In this document: one piece after another, positions 54,874 through 64,000 of the stretch
Numbering within the stretch: position 1 is the first letter of the stretch
How the letters are laid out: each line of letters begins with the position of its first letter
NCBI GenBank assembly: GCA_910577945.1
Contig: CAJTNI010000005.1
Location: 1 to 64,000 of the forward strand
From: an uncultured Christensenella sp.
GTDB lineage: Bacteria > Bacillota > Clostridia > Christensenellales > Pumilibacteraceae
Reading direction: 5' to 3'
Length of the DNA: 64,000 nt
The notes under the pieces: generated by a model
Told to the model about the DNA's origin: nothing
Database searches by the model: none
The model's input: only the letters and a program-made list of their open reading frames with translations
Made by a program: the position numbers and the translations under genes

Positions 54874-55755
54874 TCACGGGGGGGGGGTAGAATGCACCCT
54901 TTTTCTATATAATTCGGGCGATTCGCCCGATTTTTTCTTGAACAGATAGGAAAAGTAATTTTGCTCGCAAAACCCCAAAAGCTCGGCGATTTCGCCTATG
55001 CGCAGCGACGACGTGACGAGAATGTTTTTCGCTATGTCCATTTTGCTGTCGATATAATAGGCGTACGGCGTGGTGCGATAGTATTTTTTGAACTCGTTTA
55101 TAACCTGCGCCTTGGAAACGAGGAGCTGCTCCGCAATCGCCTCCACGGTGATATTGCCGTAGATATTGTCGTCCAAAAGCGCTTTCGTCGCTTTGGCAAT
55201 GTTGGACGCATGTATGACCTTGTGCTCGTTTTGCGCCAAGCGGTTGATTATCTTGAATATAATCTCCGCCGCCACGTAGCACACCTCCTCGTTGAACGTG
55301 GTGGTCTTGGCGAGCTGGAACAGCTCGAAGAACAGCGCTTTGCAGTTGGAGTTTTTAAAAACTATTCTGTCCGACAGCCCGTACGCGCGCAGTATTTCGC
55401 TTATTATGCTGCTGTGTATGTTAATCCATATCTTTTCGTACGGGTCGGTCTTGTCCGACCAATACTTATGCCGCGTGCCCTCGGATAGGATATACAAATC
55501 GTCCTGCTTGACGGTAAAGGTGCGGTTGTCGCAAACGATATAGCCTACGCCGCTAAGCACGTACTCGAATATAAAATAATCGCTGTGCTTGCGCTCTATA
55601 AAGTAGTCGGGGTTGGGGTGGGAAATGCCGATGCACTCGACGAAAATCGGCATGCTCATGTCGCCCACGAAATGGGTCAATTCCTCGTTTGACACGTCGC
55701 CGTAGCTTATATTATGGAACGGGTCAATCAGTTGTTTGCGGGAATTGTTTTTCAT
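54874..55755 (-). CDS. AraC family regulator (cupin sensor plus AraC HTH)
   Basis: C-terminal HTH AIAEQLLVSKAQVINEFKK...IGEIAELLGFCEQNYFSYLFKK. Start ATG at 55755. The ORF track extends to 55923. Confidence 0.7.
   Translation of the reverse strand: MKNNSRKQLIDPFHNISYGDVSNEELTHFVGDMSMPIFVECIGISHPNPDYFIERKHSDYFIFEYVLSGVGYIVCDNRTFTVKQDDLYILSEGTRHKYWSDKTDPYEKIWINIHSSIISEILRAYGLSDRIVFKNSNCKALFFELFQLAKTTTFNEEVCYVAAEIIFKIINRLAQNEHKVIHASNIAKATKALLDDNIYGNITVEAIAEQLLVSKAQVINEFKKYYRTTPYAYYIDSKMDIAKNILVTSSLRIGEIAELLGFCEQNYFSYLFKKKSGESPELYRKRVHSTPPP
54878..54887. repeat. G10/C10 homopolymeric tract overlapping last codons of AraC gene
   Basis: gggggggggg on the plus strand encodes the terminal PPP of the minus-strand AraC ORF. 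Confidence 0.9.
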
Positions 55756-55913
55756 TTTCTCACTTTTTCGGATACGTAAAATTAAGAAATCGACTTTAAT
55801 TTTGCTTACATTTGCTTTAATTATCCTCATTCCGTTTGGGAACTTAAAACAATTATAATTGTATTGTAGTTTATTGTCAAGCAAAATAACCAATTCAATA
55901 TAGGAGAAAAAGG

Positions 55914-58900
55914 ATGTCGGCATTTAAGAGCAAAAAATTCAAAAAGATTTTGTCATTGCTTTTGGCGTCGGTTATGGCTGTGCCGTTCGGCGCTACCGTT
56001 CTTGCCGCTTGCGGCGACAAGAACAATCCTTCGGATGACCCGCCCGCAGATTGCACCGAGCACGTTGACGAGGACAAAAACGGCAAGTGCGACAACTGCG
56101 GCGAGGATATGCCCAAAGACCCCGATGAGCCCGACCCCGAAGAAAAGGAGCGGTATATCACGGTTGACAATATTCGCGTCGGGCTGCTGTCGGATACGGT
56201 GGTGCGCGTCGAGTACAAGGGCAAGTCGGGGTTCGAGGACCGCGACACCTTTTACGTGTCCAACCGCGACGCCAAGGAGGCGCCCGATTTCACCGAGACC
56301 ACGGTGGACGGCAACCGCGTAATCACCACGTCCAACTATAAAGTCTACGTTCCGCAAAACGCGACGAGCCTCGACGGCGTGCGCATTGTGTCCGCAGCCG
56401 ACGAGGAGCTGTGGCGGTATGCGGGCGAAACCACGTCCAACGTTTACATACCCAGCCCGTCCGACGCGCTCGACAGCTGGTATTTCAGCGACAGCCCGCG
56501 CATTGTTCCGTCCGAATACGGCTACGGAATAAGCGAGAGCTCCGACCCGCTCAACGGTTGGGATTTCGGCAACGACGCGCCCGACTGCTACGTGTTTTTG
56601 CCTAACGGCGATTACAAGCAGTTTTGCGACGATTACGTTACGTATACGGGCAGGAGCGAGATGATATCGCTGCAAATGCTCGGTTATTGGGATTCGCGCT
56701 GGTACGCTTACGACGAAAAGACGGCGATGCAGCAGATTAAGGACTACACCGACAGGGGTTACAGCATAGACATACTCGTCTTGGACAAGGATTGGCATGC
56801 GGATAACGGGCTCGACGGCGTAGGATATCAGATTAACACCGAGCTGTTCCCCAACATGGCGGAGTTTTTGGACGAGTGCCACGAGCTCGGCATAAATATC
56901 ATGTTCAACGACCATCCCGAGCCCGTCAAGGGCACGGGCAACCTGCTCGACGGCGAGGAGGTTGAGTACCGCAACAAGCAGCTCACCGCCATACTTTCGC
57001 TCGGTCTCGATTATTGGTGGTACGACAGAAACTGGTCGGTTTCGCTCAACCCGATTGACAAGGATATTTCCGTATTCGCGACGGGCATGTACGCGTTCCA
57101 ATTCGTCACCAACGAGCATTTGCAGTCCATAACAGACCTCGGCGAGTACGCCGACCGCGCGCTCATAATGGGCAACGTGGACGGATGCTTGCACGGGCGT
57201 TGGAACTACGCGTCCGATATTTCCGCGCATAAGTATTCCATTCAGTGGACGGGCGACATCAACACGGACACGACCGCGCTTGCGCAGGAAATTTACGCGT
57301 CGGTGTTCGGCGGCGCGGAGGTGGGTATTCCGTACATGTCCTCCGACCTCGGCGGACACACCGCGTCCGTTTCGGACGATATGTACATTCGCTGGTTGCA
57401 GTACGGCGCGCTGTCCACGATTTGCCGCGTGCACTGCACCAACGTGGAGCAAATAGGTCAGGACGGCCGCATGCCGTGGCTGTTCGGCGAAACTGCGGAG
57501 GACGTCGTTAAGGAATACGTCGGCATGCGCTATCGCTTGCTGCCGCTGTTCTACGCGCTTTCCCGTGAAAACTACGACAGCGGTTTGCCTATCATGCGCC
57601 GCACGGATATCGAATATCCGCAGTACAACGAGGCGTCGCGCAACGACCAATACATGCTCGGCAAGCACCTTTTGGTCGCGCCGTTCGACTCTGCGGAAAA
57701 GCTCGACGCCGTTCCCACGGAATGGCTGACCACCGTAGACGGCAATCATAACGGCTTGGACGCCACGTATTTCGAGGGTAAGTTCGGCACGGTGCGCTCC
57801 CGCAAAATCGACGCAAACGTTTATTTCAATTGGGAAAACGGCGGGCCGCAGGGCTTGGGCTCGGATAATTTCTCGGTGCGCTGGGAAGGCAAAGTCAAGA
57901 TAGGCGAAAAAGATTCGCGGCTGTGCTTCTTTGCCGACGACGGCGTAAGAGCCTGGGTGGACGGCAAGCTTGTAGCGGACGGCTACGGCGTTTACGACAA
58001 AATGCTGTACACCGATTACTATGCGGCGGGCAGCGAGCACACAATCAAAATAGATTATTACGAGGAGTACGGCGGCGCGCACGTGTACATGTATTACGGC
58101 GAGCGCGGCGAGGACGGCGCAATGATGCCCAACACGCGCACGGTGTTTATCCCCGACGGCACGTGGGTGGACGTTTGGTCGGGCACGCGCTATAACGGTC
58201 CGCAGACGATTACCGTATCGCACGGGCTTACCACTTCGCCCATATTCGTGCGCGAGGGCTCGGTATTCGCGCTCGCGGAAAACATGAAGAACACGTCCGA
58301 AAAGGATTGGAGCAACATGACGCTCGACGTGTACGCGGGCACGGAGGCTACGGACACGCTGCTGTACGAGGACGACGTCAAGACGCAGGCGTACAAGGAC
58401 GGCAAGTGCCGTAAAACGCTTATCACCAACGAGTACGCCGACGGCAAGTTCACCGTCAAGGTAAATCCCGCCGAGGGCGAGTTCACGGGCGACCGCGCGT
58501 TTACCGAACGGAATTGGACGGTGCGCATTCACGCCAAACCCGAGTGGGGCGCGATTTCGAGCATAAGAGTAAACGGCAAGAGCCTGTCCAGCGGCAGCAT
58601 TCGTTCGTTCAAAAAGAGCGCCGATTCCACGCCGTTCGCGCTTACGGGCGCGGCGCTCGACGGCGACGTCTATCAGTTCAATGTTACTGCCGACGTGTAC
58701 GAGCTCACCGAAATCGTGTTCACGTTCAAGAACGAAATCACCGAGGCGGAAAAGCCCGAATACGACGACAGCGAATCCGATTTGTCGGTAGAGCTGCAAG
58801 AGGCGGGCGACGAAATCAATCTTACGAGCGTAGGCGACGTGGATTGGGCGTATTTCGGCGTAGACAGCGTGGACGTGACCGCGCGCAAAAACACTGCGGA

Positions 58901-59900
58901 GCGCTATATCGGCGCTTTGGAGACCTATGCGACTTGCAGCCTGCTTTCGTACTCGACGCTGTACGCGTCCTGGACGGACGGCGCGGCGAATATGCCCGCG
59001 GCTAAGGCGGTCACGACGGGGCTTGTGTCCAAGAAGGATTTTGCGTTCACGTTCAAGGTGAACGATACCAAGCGCTATTACGTAATCAACCTCGGCGGCG
59101 AAAACTGCAAAGCCAAGCTCACGCTGCGCGACAGGGCGGGCAGAGCGCAAACAATCAATTTCGGCAATTTGTACGGCTCGTTCGCGTACCGCGCGGTTAT
59201 CGAGGCGCAGAGCGCGGCGGAGACCGAGTTTACCGCCACTTACGCGGTAGTGGTCAGCCGTCCGAACGGCACCGATACGCATTCCAGCGTATTCGTAAGC
59301 TCGGCATACGTTACGACGGAGCTTAAAGACGCGGTCAAGACGGACGTAACCAACGTGTCGGCTAAGATAGCGTTAAAGGACGCGCCCGCAACCGCCAATC
59401 TTTCGGAAACGAACGTAAGCGGCATGGCGGTGGTCGATTGGCGGCACTTCGGCATGACCGACACCGATATGTACATAGAAAAAACGGGCGGCGACGTAAT
59501 CGGCAAAACGCTGTTTTCCAGCCCTCAGCCCTTCTTCGACTACGCGACGAGCATCGGCTGGAACGACGGCGAGCAAATCGCAACCGAAACAGGTTCGATA
59601 AACGGCACGTGCACGTCGGGCGAGATTACGCTGTATCTTAACGTGTCTGCGGGCACGTCCAAGATTCTGCTTTACACGGGCACATGGCGCGCGACCAACA
59701 CGGTGCGCGTGTACAACAGCAAAAATCAGTTGATAGCGTCCGGTCAGTCGTTCAGCGCGGGCGAGCAATCCGCGCCGCGGCTTGCGGAAATCGACGTTAA
59801 CACCGAAATCGACACCACGATAATCGTCCGAATAGCTTGCACAAGCGGCAGCGGCAACGTTTCGCTCGCGGGCATGCAGGTGCTGGCGGCGGCAAAATAA
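55914..59900 (+). CDS. Secreted lipoprotein: GH31-like glycoside hydrolase plus PA14 plus two C-terminal uncharacterized ~190-aa domains
   Basis: Lipobox LAAC and an acidic linker. GLDYWWYDRNW and KYSIQWTGDI. PA14 (FSVRWEGKVKI...DDGVRAWVDGK). The two C-terminal repeats contain a (V/L)YTGxW motif. Confidence 0.6.
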   Translation: MSAFKSKKFKKILSLLLASVMAVPFGATVLAACGDKNNPSDDPPADCTEHVDEDKNGKCDNCGEDMPKDPDEPDPEEKERYITVDNIRVGLLSDTVVRVEYKGKSGFEDRDTFYVSNRDAKEAPDFTETTVDGNRVITTSNYKVYVPQNATSLDGVRIVSAADEELWRYAGETTSNVYIPSPSDALDSWYFSDSPRIVPSEYGYGISESSDPLNGWDFGNDAPDCYVFLPNGDYKQFCDDYVTYTGRSEMISLQMLGYWDSRWYAYDEKTAMQQIKDYTDRGYSIDILVLDKDWHADNGLDGVGYQINTELFPNMAEFLDECHELGINIMFNDHPEPVKGTGNLLDGEEVEYRNKQLTAILSLGLDYWWYDRNWSVSLNPIDKDISVFATGMYAFQFVTNEHLQSITDLGEYADRALIMGNVDGCLHGRWNYASDISAHKYSIQWTGDINTDTTALAQEIYASVFGGAEVGIPYMSSDLGGHTASVSDDMYIRWLQYGALSTICRVHCTNVEQIGQDGRMPWLFGETAEDVVKEYVGMRYRLLPLFYALSRENYDSGLPIMRRTDIEYPQYNEASRNDQYMLGKHLLVAPFDSAEKLDAVPTEWLTTVDGNHNGLDATYFEGKFGTVRSRKIDANVYFNWENGGPQGLGSDNFSVRWEGKVKIGEKDSRLCFFADDGVRAWVDGKLVADGYGVYDKMLYTDYYAAGSEHTIKIDYYEEYGGAHVYMYYGERGEDGAMMPNTRTVFIPDGTWVDVWSGTRYNGPQTITVSHGLTTSPIFVREGSVFALAENMKNTSEKDWSNMTLDVYAGTEATDTLLYEDDVKTQAYKDGKCRKTLITNEYADGKFTVKVNPAEGEFTGDRAFTERNWTVRIHAKPEWGAISSIRVNGKSLSSGSIRSFKKSADSTPFALTGAALDGDVYQFNVTADVYELTEIVFTFKNEITEAEKPEYDDSESDLSVELQEAGDEINLTSVGDVDWAYFGVDSVDVTARKNTAERYIGALETYATCSLLSYSTLYASWTDGAANMPAAKAVTTGLVSKKDFAFTFKVNDTKRYYVINLGGENCKAKLTLRDRAGRAQTINFGNLYGSFAYRAVIEAQSAAETEFTATYAVVVSRPNGTDTHSSVFVSSAYVTTELKDAVKTDVTNVSAKIALKDAPATANLSETNVSGMAVVDWRHFGMTDTDMYIEKTGGDVIGKTLFSSPQPFFDYATSIGWNDGEQIATETGSINGTCTSGEITLYLNVSAGTSKILLYTGTWRATNTVRVYNSKNQLIASGQSFSAGEQSAPRLAEIDVNTEIDTTIIVRIACTSGSGNVSLAGMQVLAAAK

Positions 59901-59924
59901 TCGTAACCGACGGTATGGGATACC

Positions 59925-62900
59925 GTGAAATATCAGGAGGAGAATATGAAAAAGACAAGGACACTTATCGTACTGCTTATAAGCATACTTACGGTCTGTC
60001 TTGCGCTCGCGGCATGCGGAAAACCCGACGCGCCCGCCGAGTATTCGCTCGACACGACCGAAGTGACGCTTATGGTGGGCGACACGCACCAAATCAAAGT
60101 TTCGTCCACGTCGGACGCGGAATTTACCGTCGCTTACGAGTCGGATACGCCCGACGCGGCGTCGGTTAGCGACGGCGGACTTGTAACCGCGGTCAAGCCC
60201 GGTACGGCAAAAATAAAAGCGACGGTGGACGGTAACGAGCTTGTGCTCAACGTAACCGTCGAGCATAAATACGCGCTCAATAAGACGACCGAGCAGCTGA
60301 GCGTGGGCGACACGTTGCAGCTTAACGTGATAACGACGCCCAACAAGAACGTGACGCCGACCTGGACGGTCGCGCCCGAGGGCGTTGTCACGGTTTCGGA
60401 AAGCGGGCTTGTTTCCGCCGTTGCGGAGGGCGACGCAACCGTCACGGCGACGGTGGACGGCAAAACGCTCGACTGCAAAATAACGGTCACAGAGGAATTG
60501 GTATTCTATACCTATACGCTCAATCACGTCTCCGCAAACCTGGAAAAGGGCAGCACGCTCGAATTGGTGCTCACCAGCGAGGATAGAGAGGAATTCGAGG
60601 TCGAGTGGGAATCGGCTGATACCGATATCGCGACGGTGGACGAAAACGGCGTGGTTACCGCGGTCAAAACGGGTAAAACCACAGTCGAGGCTAAGGTGGA
60701 CGGCGAGGTCGTAGGCGAATGCGCAATCACCGTATTCGAGTACGTTTACGAATATCCCGAGACCTTGTCGGTCGATTACGGCGACGAGGAAGCGGAGATT
60801 GAAGTTACCGTTACTCCGAGCAAAACGACCAACTACACGTACGAGCTCGACAAGGACGGCGTGATTACCGTCGATACCAACGGCAAGCTTACGACCGTAA
60901 GCGTCGGCACGGCTACCGTCACGATTAAGGACGGCGAAAAGGCAGTCGGCGCTTGCGTCGTCACGGTCAACGCCGTGGTCGAGTTTGACGAAAAACTCAA
61001 CATGCACGTCGGCGACGTACACGAGCTCGCAATTACGGAGCAGCCCGCGGGCAGCGTCGAGAAACTCACGTTCGCCGTAACGGACGGCGCGGACGTCGTG
61101 CAATTGGGCGAGGACGGCAAAACTCTTACCGCGCTCAAAAACGGCACTGCCACCGTCAAGGCGACCGCCGACGGCAAGGAAATGACCTGCACGGTCAACG
61201 TAAGCAATCTCTACATAACCGAGTTCAAAACCGAATTGCTGGAAATGGATAAGGAAAACCCTATCGATATCGGCGCGGGCGCGGAGTATTGGGAGCAGTA
61301 CATTGCAACCAACGAGATTAACCACAAGCGCTACGACACGAGCGCCGAGGACGTAATCGAGCGTACGCTCTCTCACGACGGCAAATTTTTGCCCGATTAC
61401 AAAGCGTGGCTCGCATGGAGCGGCGGCGCGAACGGCTCGAATTGCTCGTGCGGCAAATGCAATAAGGACACTCAGAACGGCGGCGACGGCGGCTGGACAG
61501 CCGACGGAACTAAGGCGTATTGTACAGACGTTCTCGGCAGCACGATAAGCCTTGACGTCAAGGTGTTCCCCGGACAGTCGACCGTTAAGGTTTACACGGG
61601 CGGATACAACCTCAAAGAAAACGTCACCGTCAAAATCGGCGACGACGTGCTCGGCACGGCGACGATAGACAACAAGGGCGCGCACAATTCCAACTCGGTC
61701 GTGTTGTCGGTAGACGTAAAAGAGCCGACGACGGTTACCGTCGTGTTGGAATTCGCCGACGATTACGGCGACACGGGACACTCGGTAATGTCGCTTGCGG
61801 GCGCAAGCGTCAGCGGCGATACGTATCGCCTCAAAAAATACGATACGCGTCTTGTGGTAGGTGATACCGAAGCGATTGTAGTCGTCAAAGGCGAAAACGG
61901 GTCTCCCGCCAATGTAAAGTATGAATCGGAAAATCCCGAAATCGCGACGGTAGACAGCGACGGCGTTGTGACGGCGATAGCTGACGGTAGCACTGTTGTG
62001 ACGGTTAATGCTGACGGGCGTATTCGTGAGTTTATCGTTAACGTCGGTTACGATTATACGCTTAACAGTAAGGATATCACGTTGATGTCGGGTCAAACGC
62101 ACCAAATTGTAGTTACCTCCAATCCCGAGGGTTCTACCGAATCCGTAATATACGACAGCAACGACGATAATGTTGCAACGGTTTCCGAATCGGGCTTGAT
62201 TACCGCCGTGGCAAACGGTACGGCTATAGTAACGGTTTCGATTGGCGACAAGGTTTACGAAATTTCAGTTAAAGTTGCGAACGCGGCGGTTACGGTTTCC
62301 AACAATCGTTTCGAGGGACAGTATATTGATTTGACTACGCCTGATACCGTATATTGGGAATATTATTTGTACAATGAAATAACTTCGCCTACGGGTAAAA
62401 CCGATTTAATCGATGGTAATATCGCAGGACATGCGGGCGAAGATAATGGCTACGGCGCGTTTATAAATTTCGTCGGCGGTAATCCTAAACAAAATTCTTA
62501 CGACGATGCGGCATATAAAAAATACAGTAAAGGCGCTACTTATGAATTTACCGTCAACGTGCCGCAAGGACACCACGAAATTCGCGTGTATACGGGCGCA
62601 TGGGAAAATACCGTTAATAAGACGTCGCTTTGGGACGGAAATACCGAAATTGCTTCCTGTACCATTCCCAAGACGGGCGGCGGCGTATCTATGCTCGTTA
62701 CGTTTGACGTGACCACTGCTCAAAGCGTTCCGCTTACGCTTAAAATCAACGCCGAAGAAGGTGATAATTGTCGATTGATGGCAATCGCCATAGTTGATAA
62801 TGATTTCGATTTCGAAGCGGCTACAACGACGGTATCCCTCAACCAAGAAAAAACCGTAGAAATGACGGGACACGACGTTAATTTGTCCGAAATCGGCGAT

Positions 62901-63425
62901 ATAGATTGGGTCAAGTTCAATGTCGAAAATGTTAACGGCTCGGCTACCGGTAACGTAGTTAAAAAATCTAATGCCAATTACTTGCCTTCGACAACGAGCA
63001 ATACGTGGAACGAGTGGAATTACAAAGCGAATATGACTTGGAACGACGGCGATTCTTCCGTTAACGCAGGAGATTGCAAGGACGGCGATTTGAGCGACGG
63101 CAAGCATAATAACTTTATCGCCAACATTTATTGCCTTAACACCACTGTAAAAGTTGACGAAAACGTTAAAACGATAACCGTTTATGCGACGGGTTGGAAA
63201 GCGTCTTATTCGATAATGATAACCGATTCCAATGGTAACGTTATAATGAATCAGGCGATTTGCGAAAGGCGCGGCGACGATAGTGTTGCGTACGCGATTA
63301 CGGTTAACGTTTCGGCAACGGCTGAGGATATTTTGACCGTCGGCATTGTGAGAACCAACAACGACGGAAACGTAGGTGTGGCAGCGGTTGCTCTCGGCGG
63401 CAACACGACACCCGTAGCGCCGTAA
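59925..63425 (+). CDS. Large surface lipoprotein with ~7 BIG2 Ig-like domains and three copies of the same uncharacterized ~190-aa domain
   Basis: Lipobox LAAC. Repeated ~75-aa BIG2 units (e.g. ...GLVTAVKPGTAKIKATVDGNELVLNVTV). The three ~190-aa domains carry VKVYTGGYN, IRVYTGAWEN and TVYATGWKAS motifs. Confidence 0.6.
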   Translation: MKYQEENMKKTRTLIVLLISILTVCLALAACGKPDAPAEYSLDTTEVTLMVGDTHQIKVSSTSDAEFTVAYESDTPDAASVSDGGLVTAVKPGTAKIKATVDGNELVLNVTVEHKYALNKTTEQLSVGDTLQLNVITTPNKNVTPTWTVAPEGVVTVSESGLVSAVAEGDATVTATVDGKTLDCKITVTEELVFYTYTLNHVSANLEKGSTLELVLTSEDREEFEVEWESADTDIATVDENGVVTAVKTGKTTVEAKVDGEVVGECAITVFEYVYEYPETLSVDYGDEEAEIEVTVTPSKTTNYTYELDKDGVITVDTNGKLTTVSVGTATVTIKDGEKAVGACVVTVNAVVEFDEKLNMHVGDVHELAITEQPAGSVEKLTFAVTDGADVVQLGEDGKTLTALKNGTATVKATADGKEMTCTVNVSNLYITEFKTELLEMDKENPIDIGAGAEYWEQYIATNEINHKRYDTSAEDVIERTLSHDGKFLPDYKAWLAWSGGANGSNCSCGKCNKDTQNGGDGGWTADGTKAYCTDVLGSTISLDVKVFPGQSTVKVYTGGYNLKENVTVKIGDDVLGTATIDNKGAHNSNSVVLSVDVKEPTTVTVVLEFADDYGDTGHSVMSLAGASVSGDTYRLKKYDTRLVVGDTEAIVVVKGENGSPANVKYESENPEIATVDSDGVVTAIADGSTVVTVNADGRIREFIVNVGYDYTLNSKDITLMSGQTHQIVVTSNPEGSTESVIYDSNDDNVATVSESGLITAVANGTAIVTVSIGDKVYEISVKVANAAVTVSNNRFEGQYIDLTTPDTVYWEYYLYNEITSPTGKTDLIDGNIAGHAGEDNGYGAFINFVGGNPKQNSYDDAAYKKYSKGATYEFTVNVPQGHHEIRVYTGAWENTVNKTSLWDGNTEIASCTIPKTGGGVSMLVTFDVTTAQSVPLTLKINAEEGDNCRLMAIAIVDNDFDFEAATTTVSLNQEKTVEMTGHDVNLSEIGDIDWVKFNVENVNGSATGNVVKKSNANYLPSTTSNTWNEWNYKANMTWNDGDSSVNAGDCKDGDLSDGKHNNFIANIYCLNTTVKVDENVKTITVYATGWKASYSIMITDSNGNVIMNQAICERRGDDSVAYAITVNVSATAEDILTVGIVRTNNDGNVGVAAVALGGNTTPVAP

Positions 63426-63536
63426 GGAAAAGACTTAAAATAACGCGCTTGCTACGCATTCCCTCGCAATTTGCGGGGGAATGCGAGCGGCTGTATATCG
63501 ACAGATACAAATCAAGCGCATTACTTGGAGGAATAA

Positions 63537-64000
63537 TGAAAAAACGATTATTGACGTTGTTTGTTGCCGTAATGCTCGCTTTGACGGCGGGCGCGCTGTT
63601 TGCGTGCAGCGGCGGCAAGCACAAGATAACGGTGAATAATTCGGGCAACGGCTCGGTCGAGCTTAGCGTGAGCTCCGCCGCCGCCGGCGACAGCGTTTCC
63701 GTCAAGCTCGTGCCCGACAGCGGGTACGTGGCGGAAAGCGCGACGGTAAACGACGCGGCGCAGGAGATTGCGGACAATGCGTTTACCTTTACGATGCCCG
63801 ATTCGGACGTTACGGTTTCGGTCGTTTTCGCAAAGCAAAAGTACGGCTTGAATTATATTCGGGCGGTCGGCGGCTCGGTCACTGCCGCTGCCGATGCGTA
63901 CGAGAGCGGCGCGTCGGTGACGCTCGTCGTTAAGCCCGATTACGGCTATACGCTTTCGAGCCTTTCCGTGGACGGCAGCGCGGTCGAGGTCGCGTCGGAC
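63537..64000 (+). CDS. Lipoprotein (partial, continues beyond window)
   Basis: MKKRLLTLFVAVMLALTAGALFAC has the lipobox. RBS ggagg. Ig-like beta-rich repeats follow. Confidence 0.4.

Noticed and set aside
55953-62105. Very long antisense ORFs (1109 aa and 910 aa) opposite the GH31 and BIG2 lipoprotein genes
   Set aside because: The plus-strand genes have a signal peptide, RBS and domain repeats. The antisense products are Arg/Val-rich with no features.

Overview
This window is high-GC (~58-60%) chromosomal DNA from what looks like a spore-forming Firmicutes (Clostridia-like) organism; gpr and a SpoVB-like flippase are present.

Main contents, in order:
- It opens with the last ~960 nt of a 16S rRNA gene. 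That gene is followed by a terminator and no ITS or 23S, so the 16S appears unlinked.
- Much of the window is core housekeeping: murG, a type IIA topoisomerase pair called as parE/parC, lgt, pncB, trmL, a CCA-adding enzyme, rpsT, gpr and murI.
- Regulator/effector modules include PadR-DUF1700-DUF4097, TetR plus a MacB-like ABC exporter, and NfeD-flotillin followed by AraC and a transglutaminase-like protein.
- A low-GC accessory island lies at roughly 14.3-20.1 kb. It carries an orphan RHS C-terminal toxin fragment with a small membrane immunity gene. Next comes a two-gene SIR2-like NADase plus HerA-like ATPase cassette, which matches the described SIR2-HerA anti-phage architecture. A frameshifted second copy of the immunity gene follows, then a tandem-HTH XRE regulator with a sigma-region-4-like small protein. 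The defense cassette therefore sits inside a polymorphic-toxin immunity array.
- Two tandem lipoproteins (22.9-28 kb) combine BIG2 domains with a transglutaminase-like domain. The upstream copy has lost the Cys-His-Asp triad.
- A carbohydrate-active locus (50.7-64 kb) holds a collagen-like/SGNH lipoprotein, two GH31-like PA14-containing paralogs with an atypical WYDRNW nucleophile motif, an AraC regulator, and large BIG2 lipoproteins. A ~190-aa uncharacterized domain recurs across two of the adjacent genes.

Other recurring observations:
- At least seven genes appear to be leaderless, with a consensus sigma70 -10 hexamer 5-7 nt upstream of the start codon.
- A G10/C10 homopolymer overlaps the 3' end of the AraC gene.
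- Ribosomal protein S20 carries a ~105-aa Lys/Ala/Glu-rich tail.

All calls rest on motif recognition by eye; no database searches were run.
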